Assembly (NCBI RefSeq): GCF_035084215.1
Contig: NC_090360.1
Coordinates: 10,292,001 to 10,356,000 of the forward strand
Length of the DNA stretch: 64,000 nucleotides
DNA from: Heptranchias perlo
Lineage: Eukaryota
Direction: 5' to 3'
Part shown: positions 1 to 12,680 of the stretch, one piece after another
Layout: each line of letters begins with the position of its first letter
Numbering within the stretch: position 1 is the stretch's first letter
The notes under the pieces: generated by a model
Told to the model about the DNA's origin: nothing
The model's database searches: none
Seen by the model: the letters and a program-made list of their open reading frames with translations, nothing else
Position numbers and translations under genes: made by a program

Positions 1-930
1 TGGCATCCTTCTGCTGATCCGAACAGCTCACTTTGAAAGATTCCTGGTGGCAAACGCTCTGGTGCCAACAAAAGGCACTTTTTCTTTTATTCATTCTCCA
101 GGAAGGCCGGCATTTATTGCCCATCCCTTGTTGCCCTTGAGACTTGTGGCAAAATAAATAAATAAGTAACAAACTACACCTGGCACTAAGGCTCGTGAAA
201 GCCTAAATGCCATATGTGAACAAAAAAAACACAAGAAGTGCGTTTAAAAGGCCGAATGCACTTACCTTGAAAGTGTGCGTGCCTTTTAGATGTCCTCCCA
301 CCTGCAGGTATGCCCGAGGTCTTGTCCTTCACCAGGTTTCACTGGCGTGCTGGATACTTGCCGTCCAGCATGCCCCGGGACCAAATATGACATAGAGCCA
401 TTCCACACACTCCTTTTAAATATGGTGATAAAGCACTGGCCTGTTTCCAGCAGACGCTTCAGATGCCTGTACTAGGCCCTGACTCAAATATCAAGAATGG
501 CCCTGACTGAGCGGGAACCTGGGAGAACTCAGTTCCACTGGATTTTCATTCCTCCTCCATCATGCCAAAATAGGAAGTTAACGAGATGAAAATCACCCCC
601 ACTGTTTCTACTATAATTCCTAAATATATTTTTGTAAAACTTTTGTTCAAGACTATGATGTTAATGAAAACATTGTGTCACTCTTGGACTTGTTTGTTGC
701 TTTTGTGACTTATAATAAGACGTGAATAGGGCTGCTTGCCAACTATACTACGCACAAGATTTACCTTTGGTTTTGTAGAAGTTGAACTGCCTATGCCATT
801 TAACTGATACAAATAACGAACAGTGTTTTAAATTAAATATATTTAACATATTGCTTTAGTTTCAGAATCATAGAATGTTACAGAAACAGCCCATCAACTC
901 TGCACTGATGTTTTGCTCCACGTGAGACAC

Positions 931-1165
931 CTAATCTAATCCCGCTCTCCTGCTATAGCATCATTGAATTTCATCTCTGCGTTGAATCATTTCTCTGCAA
1001 TTAAATGTTTATGCCTTTAAAGAGAAGAGAATATGACTGGGACAATTCACACACTTGCATGTTATTTTTTCTCGATATAACATTGTCCAGAACATGTGCC
1101 ATTCCCACGCTTGCAGGAAGCAATAAGCACCTAAGTGAAAATAACTAAAAAGCCCTCCTTAATCC
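931..1165 (+). promoter_or_regulatory. Putative LRIT1 proximal promoter with CRX/OTX-type K50 homeodomain sites
   Basis: CTAATCTAATCC at 931-942 and TTAATCC at 1159-1165, 145-380 bp upstream of the ATG of a retina-expressed gene. Short motifs, function inferred. Confidence 0.4.
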
Positions 1166-1308
1166 ATTTCTATCCTTTTTATCTCAGGATTCGCTCTGTA
1201 GCAGCTGAGCACTGTGGGATTGTGAGCCATGAAGACAGGGAGATGCTGCTGATGTGGAATTAAGCAGGACAGACCTTCAAATCACCAGTGCCGTGACCAG
1301 CAAAGAAA

Positions 1309-1430
1309 ATGTCGCTCAAAGTCTGGTTGCTTTGCTTTTTGTGTTTTGGATATCTAGCTATAGCATTCTCCTTGTGTCCTTCCCAGTGCATCTGTACCTT
1401 CCAGAGTCGCAGTGATGAACTCAAGACAAG
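1309..1430 (+). CDS. LRIT1: LRIT1 coding exon 1 (signal peptide, LRRNT start)
   Basis: MSLKVWLLCFLCFGYLAIAFSLCPSQCICTFQSRSDELKT(R); donor AAG|GTATCT; 122 bp. Confidence 0.88.
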
Positions 1431-4400
1431 GTATCTCACCATTTCAAATATGGTCTTAGATTGGGAGGGGCGTATAATTCTTTGACAAATTCATACTGAA
1501 TATTTGTACAGCGGAAATTCTCCTTTGTGAAGCTCCACACACTTTATTTACCATCTCCAATGTTCAACATATTTACTTGCAAAGAGATTCATTTTGGTTG
1601 TGTTCTTTTAATCTGTTTCGAGTGACTATATTTGATTTGGTTCCCGGGATAATGTCAGTGTATATGTATTTTGTACTGTGGTAAATTGTAAACTATCGTT
1701 GTGTATTTCTGGAAATATTTTACAATGCTCAAAAAACACTTTCTCACGAGGACAATTTTGCTGTGTTTCAGTTTCTTAAATCCTCTACAGAATATTTAAT
1801 CTTTACCATTATAAATTTTTTTCAGTACAATTCACTTTGCACCTCATCTGTATTCTTAACAGTATGTGTGATTGTGTGGTGAGACACATTTGGTAGTAAA
1901 GCAAGGTTCTGCCCTTGTTAAAGTTGAAACTTAAATTTGTGAATTTTCTATTTGAGAGTTCCTGACTTTGTATGTTTCTACACAGCTTGTGCTCAAGATG
2001 TGGGATGAGTGACAATACTGGAAGATCTTTTTCCATCACTCATGGGAGTAACATGCAACCTCCCATAATTCATACAGCATTGGTCAGTTGCAAGTACCTA
2101 ACACTTCCCTCTACCAAATTCTATTTCCTACCTCAGTTGCAGTTATTGCACATTTTGCCCAGTTTGGGGTGGTGCTTTTGTGTAGTGGGTTGATATTCTC
2201 CGTGGGCTGAGTTGAAACTGCACAAATCTTTTCTTTCTGCTCTCTCAAACACCATCAAAATACTTTTTGCTGCATTTATTTGAGTTTGATTTACATCCCG
2301 GACCCAGTAAATACCGTTCCAAGCTCTAACCCAGAGTGCCACACATTCCTGAGATATCATTTCGCTGTTCATTTATTTTTCCCACAACATTTTTTTATTT
2401 TAACACAATTTTATTTCAAATAATAGCACTTCATAAAGTTGATTATTGAGGTAAAAATTAGGTAAGTAAGATACACATCACCCTATGTGCTTTCCAAAAA
2501 GTCTTGTTGCAGCTTAATGTCAGCAAAACATAAGTCATCCTTTTCAGTTCCTGGCAGTACCTACGTGTCTCTGGCCCCAACTCCATCAAACTCCCTTGCT
2601 GTCCTCTCAGGATAAATTGGGTGATGATCAATCTTGATATCCTGGTTGGCCCTGCACTGAACTTTTCAGCAGACTACTAGACCATCACCAAGACACATTC
2701 TCCCACCTTCAGAACATTGCCTGCTTATGCCTCTCTCCCTGCCCGTAACTGAAGCCCTAACCCACACCTTCATCGTATCAACGATTGAGTTGCTCTCACT
2801 GGCTTCCCAGCAATCACCCTTCGCAACTTCAGCTAATTCAAAATTCCTAGGGCCATGTCCTCTCTCACACAAAGTACTGGGCACTTGAATCTCTATCAGT
2901 GCATCACTGTGCCCCGGCAAATCGACTCGAACATCCTTGTCCTTGTGTCAAATCTCTTCATGGTCTTACTCCAGATCTAAGCAATCTTTCCAGCCATACA
3001 TCTTTGCCCACATCCTCAACTCATTTGATTCAAATTCCCACGTGTTCCATGCTCTCCTTGTTCCATAATCAGAGGCCAGTCTGTGCCCTGGAATTCTCTC
3101 CTAATCCAACTTGCTTTGATCCTCCCCCACTGCCTTCATAATCCTCCTAAAAACTCTTCTCTTTGACCATGTCCTTCAGTCCCTCTTCCTAAATTTCCTC
3201 CTTTTGTTCTGCTCAGTGCCCACTTTTCTGCAGGTTAATGCGCTCTGCGACATTTATTTTTTATGTGTGGAGTACTATATGATAGGAACTTATTACTGTT
3301 ATTACAGTGTGCTACTGAACCATACAGTCTAAGACGGACCCAGTTTTGATCTCGGCTCAATGCTGAGCTAGCCGATTTCAGTTAAGGCTGGATTGAGGGC
3401 ATTACAATTGGCATCATCATCTCATGCGTGAGGGAGGGTTAAATCAGTCAGGGTTCCTTCACTGGTGGAAAAATTGGCAATCAGATGGAGGATCTGTCGT
3501 TGCTCTTATGGCCCCTGCCCTTCACAGTAAAATAACCTGCTGCCACTCACTGCCTTGGCCCAAATTTGAAGATGACTATTTGGACACAATGCAGAAGGAC
3601 TGGTAGACCCTCATACCAAGTGGCAGTCTTCAGGAGAAGAGGGTGAAAAACAAAAAAAGTAGACATGTGGCCATGTTGCCTTTTCTTATCTTAAAAACTC
3701 TTTAAATTGTTTTGTACATTGTAGAGAATAATTAAACAAACAAGAGATTTTCTTTACTTTCAGGACTGTGCTGTGTAACAACCCAGAAATGACCTTGATT
3801 CCAAACAACATCCCGGCTGAAACTTTAAAGCTGGTGATTGAGAAAACATTAATCAGACAAGTTTCCACACGAGCCTTTTCTTTTGCCTCCAGTTTGGAGT
3901 GCCTTTGGCTGTCCGGTAATTCCATTAGCAGCTTCAACGGGGAGAGTCTGCGGGGCCTGATCACAATGAGGGAGCTTCGTCTGGATGGCAATGCCCTTTC
4001 AACCTTTCCATGGGAAGCACTTTCCTACTTACCACAGCTCTGGCTCCTTGATTTACATGGTAATGTCCTTCGATCATTCCCCACCCAAGCAGCCACTTAT
4101 TTCAGAAACATCATCTACCTGGATTTATCGAATAACAGGCTGGCCACACTGTCATCCAAAGTGATCTCAACATGGTTGATTGCTCCACAGGTAGCCAATG
4201 CAACTTCATTAACAGACAATTCAAAACTTTTCATAGGTGGGTATAAGAAACACTGGTTCTATCTCATCTGTGTTGTTTGAAGGAATAATTTATAAACAAA
4301 CCCTTCAACAACTCGGTATCCCAACAAAAGGTAGATCTTTAGCTGAATTACTGGCGTAAAACTGCAATAAAGTAATGTTGGATTTGTGTTTAGTTTCTTG

Positions 4401-7400
4401 CTAAGATAGCAATTTTGAAAAAAGCTGTAGTGTCACAAATAACAAAGATTTATTATTCTCATATTAGTTTGCTCACACTTTTCAGCATAACACGTGTCTC
4501 TTTACTATCTTGTCACATCACCTTGGCTTCTTTGAATCTCTTGACTTTGACCTGCTGTGGTTAAAAATGTCTCTTGCTCAACTCACTACATTCATTTTCT
4601 GTCTTCACATTAATGACTTTTAAAGATTTTTTTAACAAGCAAACTCAAATCTGTCAACTCCAACTTCATCTCTGGTGAAATCATTATTCTTGACAACTTT
4701 GGTATTTACCTGATAGAAGTCTTTAAGATTATGAAAGGGTTTGATGGGGTAAACGTAGAGAAGATGTTTCCACTTGTGGGGGAGACCAAAACTAGGCAGC
4801 ATAAATATAAGGTAGTCACTAATGAATAGAAACTGCTTTATCCAGGGAGTGGTTAGAATGTGGAACTCGCTATCACAAGGGGTAGTTGAAGTGAATAGCA
4901 TAGATGCATTTAAGGGGAAGCTAGATAAACGCATGAGGGAGAAAGGAATAGAAGGATATGCTGATGGGGTTAGATGATGAAGGATGGGAGGAGGCTCTTG
5001 TGGAGCATGGACTAGTTGGGCTGAATAGCCTGTTTCTGTACTGTACATTCTATGTAATCCTCTGTAAATCATACTCTGTAAACTGTCCCCATCCTGATTA
5101 CCACTATGGGGGTAATTTTCAACTTTGTCACCTGGGCAGAACGGTACGAGCAGATCGCCCGCCCGTTGGAGGCAGCGGCTGATTTTCGTTCCATTGATTT
5201 CAAACAACTAACTCATCACTCAACCTACCCGTATCTCAATAATTCAACTGATCCCCTAGATCTTTTCTGATTATTTGCTGCCTTTCTCTGATTTATTTTT
5301 ACTTTCACCTGTCCTATTTAAACTTGATTGTCCTCCTGCAAAGAAATCACAAAAAGGGCTTTGACTTATGTGTGAACAGCTATTATTTAAAAGTCACACA
5401 GTCAGAATGAATGATATCACAATAGCTCAAATTTATGTTCGGAGACCAAATAATACTTGTTTGAATATAGATCATCTTATTGTCTTATTACCTGAGGGTC
5501 ATTATCATATTTCTGTTAACTAAAAGTTCTAACTTATTGCTGCTGCAACAGTTTAGAATTAGAAGTTATTACTGTATTAGTATAAAATGGTGCCAAAACA
5601 AATCTTAGTTGGCACATTGTTAGATGACTGAAGCACCTGGTACTGTGCTCACCACCGTTTAATAGCAAGGGCAAGAAAGGTAAAAAATAACACCCTTGCA
5701 ATACAAAATAATGGGAGACTATTGTGGACCCTGCACAGCCAGTTTGACTTTTCCTAATTACAGTTCAGATCATACTGAAGAACCCAGCAGCACAGTGTTT
5801 AACTGTTGTTACAAAAAAAAACTGTATGGAATATTAATTTGCTCTCATGTACAATTACAGCCACTGTTGATATTTACCACAAAATAAATTAGGAGTGCAA
5901 TTAATTTAATGTCATTTTTCAGCACATTTTTATCATGATGTTTCATTTTTCAAGTACTGGCCTCAAATAAATTAGGGCAATGTAGATCTAAAGTTGGTTA
6001 AAGCCACACTCTTTTCTGTGGTAAATGTAAAAAGTGTTGATTGCACCGCAAATTAACATTGTAATACAGTTTTTCTGTACCAACAATTAAACACATAGTG
6101 GTTGCAAAGGTCATGTGTAGATTGTACGTTAGTGTAGCACTTTGGTTGCATCACCTATCAATTCTGCTATACTCAGGAACAGATGCTGCTAAATGAATAT
6201 AGGGATCATTATATGGCCCTCTCTCCATTTTAACTTTTTTTCTTAATCGTTTTATATTATAAAGTAACTCAACTTCCTACTCACAAAAAATCCTTCCATT
6301 GTGTTACATTGGATGTAGAATAATTTATCCAACAGACGAGTAAGGTCATATTTAATATCTTACATGTGCTGAGTTAGCCAATCTCAGGTAGGGTCGTAAT
6401 GGGAACACTACAACTGAGCTTAGCATTGCCAGCGAGGGGATAAGTCACCCAGGGTTCCGGCTCCTAATCGGTGTCCAGTGCTGGTAAGTGCACGCGTGCA
6501 TGTCAGGTGAGGATATGGCGGTGGTTGGCTGTGATGCCCTCCACAGTGTAATAGTTTACTGAGGCTCACTGCCTAGTGTCATGCATGAAGATTGGCCCCT
6601 TGGGCTACCAGAAACTGTGGAACCATACCCTAAGATAATCATTCATTTCAGAACTTCAGAAAAGAGCTGAAAACTGCAGGGGGTTGGGAGGGGGATGTAG
6701 AATTAAAGAGTGCGTGTATATATCGTAAAATGGAAGGATTTATATCCAACAATTCAGATGAATGGCATTTTTGTAATCTTTTCACCTCCACAAAATATGC
6801 GAATATGTTCCCTTCGACAGGACTACATGACAATCCTTGGGAATGTGACTGCAGACTGTCAGAACTAGTTCATTTTGTTAAGATGCACAATCCAACTGCA
6901 GCATTGCTCGATCCTCGATTAACATGTTCTGGGCCAGAAAACCTCTCGGGAACTCTCTTCAGCAAAATAGAGCTAGAAAAGTGCCAGAGTCCAACTATTC
7001 ACGCCACGGAAGCTAAAGTGACCACAGTCGCGGGGAGCACTGTGTCACTTCATTGTGTGACTACAGGGGTCCCCATCCCCAAGGTCAGCTGGAGTAGATT
7101 GGATAATATCCTGCTGAATGGAACAGGTAGGTGTCTGGGCACTGAAGGTAATTTTTCAACTGGTTAAAGCATACTGAAGGGACATATGCAGTAACGATTA
7201 TTTACTTGCATTCATTCTCAATAAACTTAGTGATTGCAGCACAATTATTGAGGATGTCAACACATTGATTTTAACCAGTACACCTGCTGAAAAAAATATG
7301 GATCAAAAATAGATCTTATTAACTATATGGACATGTGGCTGTGATTACAAAATAATAATCTAATTTGGAGAATTAAACGGTGATTTTAAAACATTCAAGT

Positions 7401-9275
7401 TTGCTCTTACAGTTTAACAACTCTTGAACTCAATTGAATTACCGTCTTGAAGCCACACCCAGTGATCCATCATAATTTACATAATCCATCTGTTGCATGT
7501 TCATAAACATTGTTTTATTTTAAAAGTTTACTCCAAACTATTGCTGAGAGGTGAATGTTTACTTCTACTGTTCCCAATAGGTTTATTTTTTACTTAAAAT
7601 TTTGACATCTCAACACCCAATTAAATTGGATTGAGGATTGTAATTTAGTTACCAGTAATATTTTGTGAAACATGCCAGCTGTGGTAAATGGTGAAGACCT
7701 TGAAATTCTGTTGTGCAATAACAACGTATGATTACTTATTGCATTGATATGAAATACATCTGTCTTGCTATTTTTAGCTGCCTGCTTGACCTGTCTCTTT
7801 AAGACCACTGTTCAAGAACTCCCTGTGGTCAGGTGATCTAAGGAGGTGAATCCAGGTCATTGTAACTTCTTGTAAATTCATACGGTCAATCAAAGAGCAA
7901 TTGTAACGGGTTGTGAATTTCAGGCTTCGAGTCAGAAGAACCCAGCATGAAATGAATGACTTTTTCTCTTTTTTAAAGATTGTTTTGCAATCTGTAAGGA
8001 AAGGTGACACCTGGTTTGTGGAACATTTGCCAGATGCAAAATTGATAGATGAGGAAGAACAGTAGGCACATTTGAGTGGCTTTAATTTTTAATTAAAATT
8101 TATGTGCTAGGAACCAGTCACAAATATAATCTGAAGTGTATCATTGTGTGTTACAGTTGCAATCATTGTGTTTTACAGTGATACTGGACAATTCTGACAA
8201 GAGATTAAAGTGGTCTACACTCAGTCTATTGGCTGTATCCCATCAGGATTCTGGTGAATATTTGTGTACAGCCAATAATTTGGCGGGGACGTCAGGTGCT
8301 TCTATGTCCCTTCTCATAGTGAACTCCGCCATCGCATTGGCACCAATCAAAAGCACATCCAAAAGAATGTGGGTCAGAAAAATGAGAAATCAAAAGGCTG
8401 CAGTACACAGTAGGAAGCTGATGGCCAGGTATGTGAGTACCCTGACCACCACAGTGTCACCAAGGGCATCACCAAGGAGCTCCTATTCTATAGGTAGGAC
8501 AGATTACTTTGTCATGCGTAATCACCAGATTTATCCAAATGAAGATGCATCAGAGATTGTTTCCCAGAATATTAATCTTCCCGAAGTTAGTGGCTTATTG
8601 GAGAATCGAAGAAGCGTTGATGATCCCAACAACATAACAACTAGTCTGTCTTCAACACAACAGGAACCAGACTGTCTGGTCAGATCTGTTAGAGTTATAG
8701 GGGATACCTATCATAGTGTTTCCTTGGCTTGGAGATCCCCCAAGGCTACAAACACCACTATTTTTAGTATTCTATATACTACTTTTGGCGAAAAGGACAT
8801 GCGTAGAATAAACGTGGGCCCTGTAAAGACTAAAATTACTATTGATGGCTTAATGCCACAGACCAAATACATTGTCTGCATTTGTGTCAAAGGACTCGTC
8901 CCCAGGAAAGAGCAATGCGTGATTTTCTCCACGGATGAAGTGGCTAATGCGAGTGGGATTCAGAAACTGATTAACGCGGTGGTGATCACTGTGGCCTGCG
9001 TGATTGTAGTCCCTCTCACCCTCACTGTCTGCTGTGGGGCCCTGAAGAGGCGCTGCAGAAAGTTTCTGATTCAGCCCCCGGAAGAGGAATATCAAAACGA
9101 CTCGTATGTCACATTTGAAAGCCTGGCAACAGGGCCCAAACCAAATGGCAATGAAGGAGAATATCTGACCTGCCACAATAAAGACGAGTCCAATAGACTT
9201 CTGTCACCGCGGTCCAGTTTGGATTCTGAAGAAGCAACAAATAGTGAAGCACAACAAAATGAATATTTCTGTTGA
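1309..9275 (+). CDS. LRIT1: LRIT1, leucine-rich repeat, Ig-like and transmembrane domain protein 1; join(1309..1430,3764..4236,6821..7126,8179..9275), 665 aa
   Basis: Signal peptide-LRRNT (CPSQCIC), LRRs, LRRCT (GLHDNPWECDC), Ig, FN3, TM, C-terminal EYFC as in vertebrate LRIT1. Splice phases 2/1/1 are consistent and the 1998-nt total is in frame. Synteny with LRIT2 and CDHR1. Confidence 0.93.
2520..3300 (+). mobile_element. Highly degenerate L2-like LINE 3' fragment
   Basis: Collinear similarity to the younger copy at 52125-53315 (e.g. CATCACCAAGAC, GGAATTCTCTCCCTAA, CTCTTTGACCA). Confidence 0.6.
3300..3645 (+). mobile_element. Old tRNA-derived SINE-like repeat; related copies at about 6330-6640(+), 38180-38480(-), 41780-42125(-), 51770-52060(+), 62280-62590(-)
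   Basis: Shared blocks such as TGCTGAG(C/T)TAGCC, ACAATTGGC and CAGGGTTCC recur in all copies. Confidence 0.55.
3764..4236 (+). CDS. LRIT1: LRIT1 exon 2 (LRRs)
   Basis: TTTCAG acceptor; TVLCNNPEMTLIP...LDLSNNRL...SKLFI; donor AG|GTGGGT. Confidence 0.93.
4711..5067 (+). mobile_element. CR1 LINE 3' fragment
   Basis: Encodes LIEVFKIMKGFDGV...VVRMWNSL (CR1 ORF2 C-terminus), followed by CR1 3'UTR ending in TTCTATG-like repeats. Confidence 0.85.
5797..6092. repeat. Old palindromic MITE-like element
   Basis: Imperfect inverted arms ...ACAAAAAAAAACTGTAT...TTAATTTGC / GCAAATTAA...ATACAGTTTTTCTGT. Confidence 0.45.
6821..7126 (+). CDS. LRIT1: LRIT1 exon 3 (LRRCT, Ig N-terminal half)
   Basis: GACAG acceptor; GLHDNPWECDCRL...VSLHCVTTGVPIPKVSW; donor CAG|GTAGGT; 306 bp. 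Confidence 0.93.
8179..9275 (+). CDS. LRIT1: LRIT1 exon 4 (Ig end, FN3, TM, cytoplasmic tail)
   Basis: TTTTACAG acceptor; DSGEYLCTANN, FN3 ...TKYIVCICVKG, TM LINAVVITVACVIVVPLTLTVCC, ends EYFC*. Confidence 0.93.
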
Positions 9276-9387
9276 TTGACTCGTATCCATTGAATCAAAT
9301 GAACCTGTTCATCAAACTAGACTAGAAATTTTTCTGCGAAACTAACATTTAGGTCAGTGTAATCTGACCACAATATCCCAGCACCTC

Positions 9388-9430
9388 AATAAAACCAGTC
9401 TGTTTGGGTACCATATTAGCCAACAATAAA
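9388..9430 (+). terminator. Candidate LRIT1 polyadenylation signals
   Basis: AATAAA at 9388 and 9425, 110-150 nt after the stop codon. Confidence 0.35.
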
Positions 9431-9648
9431 CCATGTTCCTTGGACTTTTCTTGAAAGCGATATTTTTAAAGATATTTTAGAAATGGTGCACTAATTGGTG
9501 TTATGATCTCTTTCACCTTTGGCTATGGGAATGTATAACTGTAAATCTCAATTGTATCACAGCTCGTAGTTTTGGTTATTTTTTTATGATCAACAAGGTG
9601 AAAGATGGCACCTCTGGGAAATAAAACGCTTTCCATTTCAGGCACCTA

Positions 9649-10046
9649 GGGCTCAATTTTAAAACCGAGCCGGGAAGGGGGCGGGGGGGTCAAATTGAGG
9701 TTGGGAAACCCATCAGCACGGGTTTCCCAGACGCCCTTACAATTTTGACATAAGCTGTGTCTTTCTAGGCACTTGCCTGTTAGTCTCAGGCCTTCTCGCC
9801 TCCTTTCATGAGGCGTAAAACAGAAGGCCCAGAAATCCTGGCCCCCCGGAGTCGAAATTGGGAAGTCCAGAAAAATGGAGGCCCAAGGCCTCCTTGAAAG
9901 GTTATCGGGCCCGACCCGCCTCCTGGGAGCGGGTTGGTCGCCCGCCCCGGTGAAAACCAGAAATAGGTGGGTTGGGGGTAGGTCTGAAATTATGGCAATT
10001 TTCAATGGCCCCACCCCACCCATTTTTCACTTTGAAAATTGAGCCC
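9649..10046. mobile_element. PIF/Harbinger-type MITE
   Basis: TIRs GGGCTCAATTTT / AAAATTGAGCCC; internal similarity to 30049-30940 and 54856-55652 in opposite orientation. Confidence 0.75.
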
Positions 10047-10372
10047 CAAGTGTCGGCATCAAGCATTCCCAGTTCAGGTATAGCACAGCCAGATGCAGAG
10101 CAAAGCTCCTTCCAATCTGCTCCAACACTGCGCTTCAACCACAGCCTCAGACAGCACTGCCTCCTGCACCATGTGACTTTTTTCCATTGCCCACACCAAC
10201 CATCATTGGGACTCGCTGAGTGACATTTCCAATTAGCTTCAAAGTAGGGGTAGTTTTGTGCTGTAGGCTGGATTGAGACATTAGCCAAAGAGTGCTATCA
10301 ACCCATCAGTCTCGGCTGGATTTGAACCCAGAGGTGAAAGGCCAGTCTCTAATCTTCTGCTCTCCACTAGCA
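10047..10372 (-). mobile_element. LF-SINE-like tRNA-derived SINE, interrupted by the MITE; a second copy at about 12760-13080(-)
   Basis: Minus strand reads GGCCTTTCACCTCTGGGTTCAAATCCAGCC (B-box region resembling the LF-SINE head as recalled); body shared with the 12760-13080 copy. Confidence 0.5.
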
Positions 10373-11829
10373 ACCTATATTTTAACATCTATTTTTATTC
10401 ATTACTTAGTGAATTTGGATGTCTTTCTGTGCACAGTGGGAAGCAAGGAAAGATAAACACATGCTTCATAAATTAGATACCAATCTTTTCTTTATCATGT
10501 TTCGCATCAAACTATGATGTTATTTCTGTGCTCCTCCCCCAGAAGGGTGACAGGTGCTTTATGTAACAAAATGGTCACCATCGGGTTATATGTTACCTTT
10601 GTATTTTTGTGGGACGACAGTTGTGTATTTTACGTATGCTGTGAACCTCTGTGAGAATACTACAATTAGGTATGTGGATGTTTTTCTACCAGCACTTGAT
10701 TTTCCCTTTTATGCTGTTATATAAAGTTTAGTGTTGTCTCGATGAAGGGAATAATTTCGAAGGTACATTTTGCAGGTGGCTCAGGACTTTGAACATTTGC
10801 CACTCGTCCAACATGCACATCATCTGCACAATAAATGTTGGAATCCCAGCAGTACCTGAAGGCACTATTCCCCTTGATTGAAATTTAATGCTCATTTATC
10901 ACCATGCGAAAAATGGCAATCGAGGTCTTAAGACAACTTTGGACAGAACTAATGCCAGCTTGACTAAAGCATTAATTGAGCTAATTCTCAGGTGCAGATC
11001 CAACTAACTTAAATCAAGGTACAGGGAGTTCCCTATCCTGAAGTCACACTCAAACAGGACCTTTAACTTTGCCAGCAGACTAAAGGCTGTATAATTGAAA
11101 TGTTTTTGGACATAATTTGTCAAAATGTATCAGATAATGGGTGTACACACCATATTGATGTATGTTGAGGCATCATGAAACTAGAATGAGTCAAGCCTTC
11201 TTCATGACTAAAAGAATAGAACACCACAAGTAATTAGACATTTCCAGAAACTGAGGGAGAGGGAGTGACTTTCATTAGATCCTAACCAGTGCACTATATG
11301 GAGTGCTGGGTGATAGTGAAATGAAAAATATCACTAAGATTGACTAACACATCACATTGGGCTCTTGCCTCCTGCTACTGATCATGAAGCAGAATTGATG
11401 CTTACCTGGACTATCACTGCAGACCTTCCCAACTGAAGAAAGAGATGGTTTCTTATTTACAGAAGCTGCACTGTTGGTAAAGCTTGTAAAACATTTAAAT
11501 CAATTTCTGCCAGCTATATGTAAACTTTCCTAGTTTTTGTTTCATATGTATATGCATGTTTATGTATAGTATATGTGTGGAAGTCAAGATAGAGTTAGGA
11601 TTAAAATTGTCTCCCGTGTTCTTTCTCTAAAACCTTATCAATAAATAGTTACATTCTCAAGTTCACACAAACTAGGGAGATTATTTTCAAGGAAGTTGGA
11701 TGTACATTAATATTCTATGAAATGAGCATTTATTAACAATTAGAAATGCATATTTGCATTATGAAATATTCAGCATTGTTAGCTGAAAAACTCTGAAAGC
11801 AGGGGACCAATTTTAGGAATGCTGGCTGC

Positions 11830-12540
11830 ACATATTAGGAGATCATGGGTGCACTCTGCTCAATACATCTCCCCAGTCCCATATCATTCCCCTAATGAGT
11901 ACTCACCCTTCCTCTTTTTAAGCCAATTTCTTATCCACCTACAAATTTCGACTAAGCTACCCACTGCCTTGAGTTTATGTAACAGGTTTTCATGTGGAAT
12001 TTTATCGAGGGCTTTCTGAGGGCTGAGTTTTATTGCTAAATCAGTAGAGTATAAGCCTGAGGCCATTACACTGAAGCTTCTTAGTGCTTTTGTAAGGCCG
12101 CACATTGAATGCTACTCTTGGATAGAACGAGGGAACCATCCAAGCCCAAATGGTGCAAAGAGGGGCAATAAGGCTGATCCCAAAGTGCCAGAGGACTGAG
12201 TAATAAGGAGAGATTATAGAGTTTGATCCCTTCAGCCTCGGAAGGAAATGAATGAGAGGAGATCTAATAGATTTATGGAATGGAATAGTTAGTTAATTCT
12301 GAATATTATTCCAAGTTAAATGTTGAATGCAGGACAAACAGACATAAGTACAAACTGGGTAAAAGGTAAATTAAGGGCTAATATCAGGAAGAGTGATCAA
12401 TATCTGGAATGGTAGAGTAATAGGGCCAAAGCGTTTGGAGTCATTCAAGGGGCAATTGGACGCTGTAATGGGGGAATTGTAGGTTTCTATGGTAGGATGA
12501 CCGAGAGGATCTGAATGGCCTCCTTCATTTTTGTGATCCA
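11830..12540. mobile_element. Degenerate CR1 LINE with inverted 5' part (11830-12017 minus, 12020-12540 plus)
   Basis: Minus: KALDKIPHENLLHKLKAVG (RT). Plus: LSFIAKSVEYK...FVRPHIE followed by CR1 3'UTR. Confidence 0.65.
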
Positions 12541-12680
12541 ACAACACCAAAAACAGATTAACTGCCCATTTATCTCAATACTGTTAATGGGATCTTGTGC
12601 ACAAAATGGCTGCTGTGCTTGCATACATCACTGCTTTTCAAAGTAACTCATTATATGTGAAGTGCTTTGAGACATACATA
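12541..12680 (+). mobile_element. Deu-domain SINE 3' fragment; others at about 14468-14575(+), 56640-56730(+), 61420-61640(-)
   Basis: Matches the 3' half of the full copy at 49336-49801. Confidence 0.6.

Noticed and set aside
255-400. Minus-strand exon with strong donor, possibly RGR exon 1
   Set aside because: No opsin-like peptide. The donor motif and surrounding sequence resemble the MITE families seen elsewhere in the window.
8711-9298. Antisense ORFs over LRIT1 exon 4 (similarly over LRIT2, CDHR1 and LINE ORFs)
   Set aside because: Shadow ORFs of real coding sequence with no independent features.
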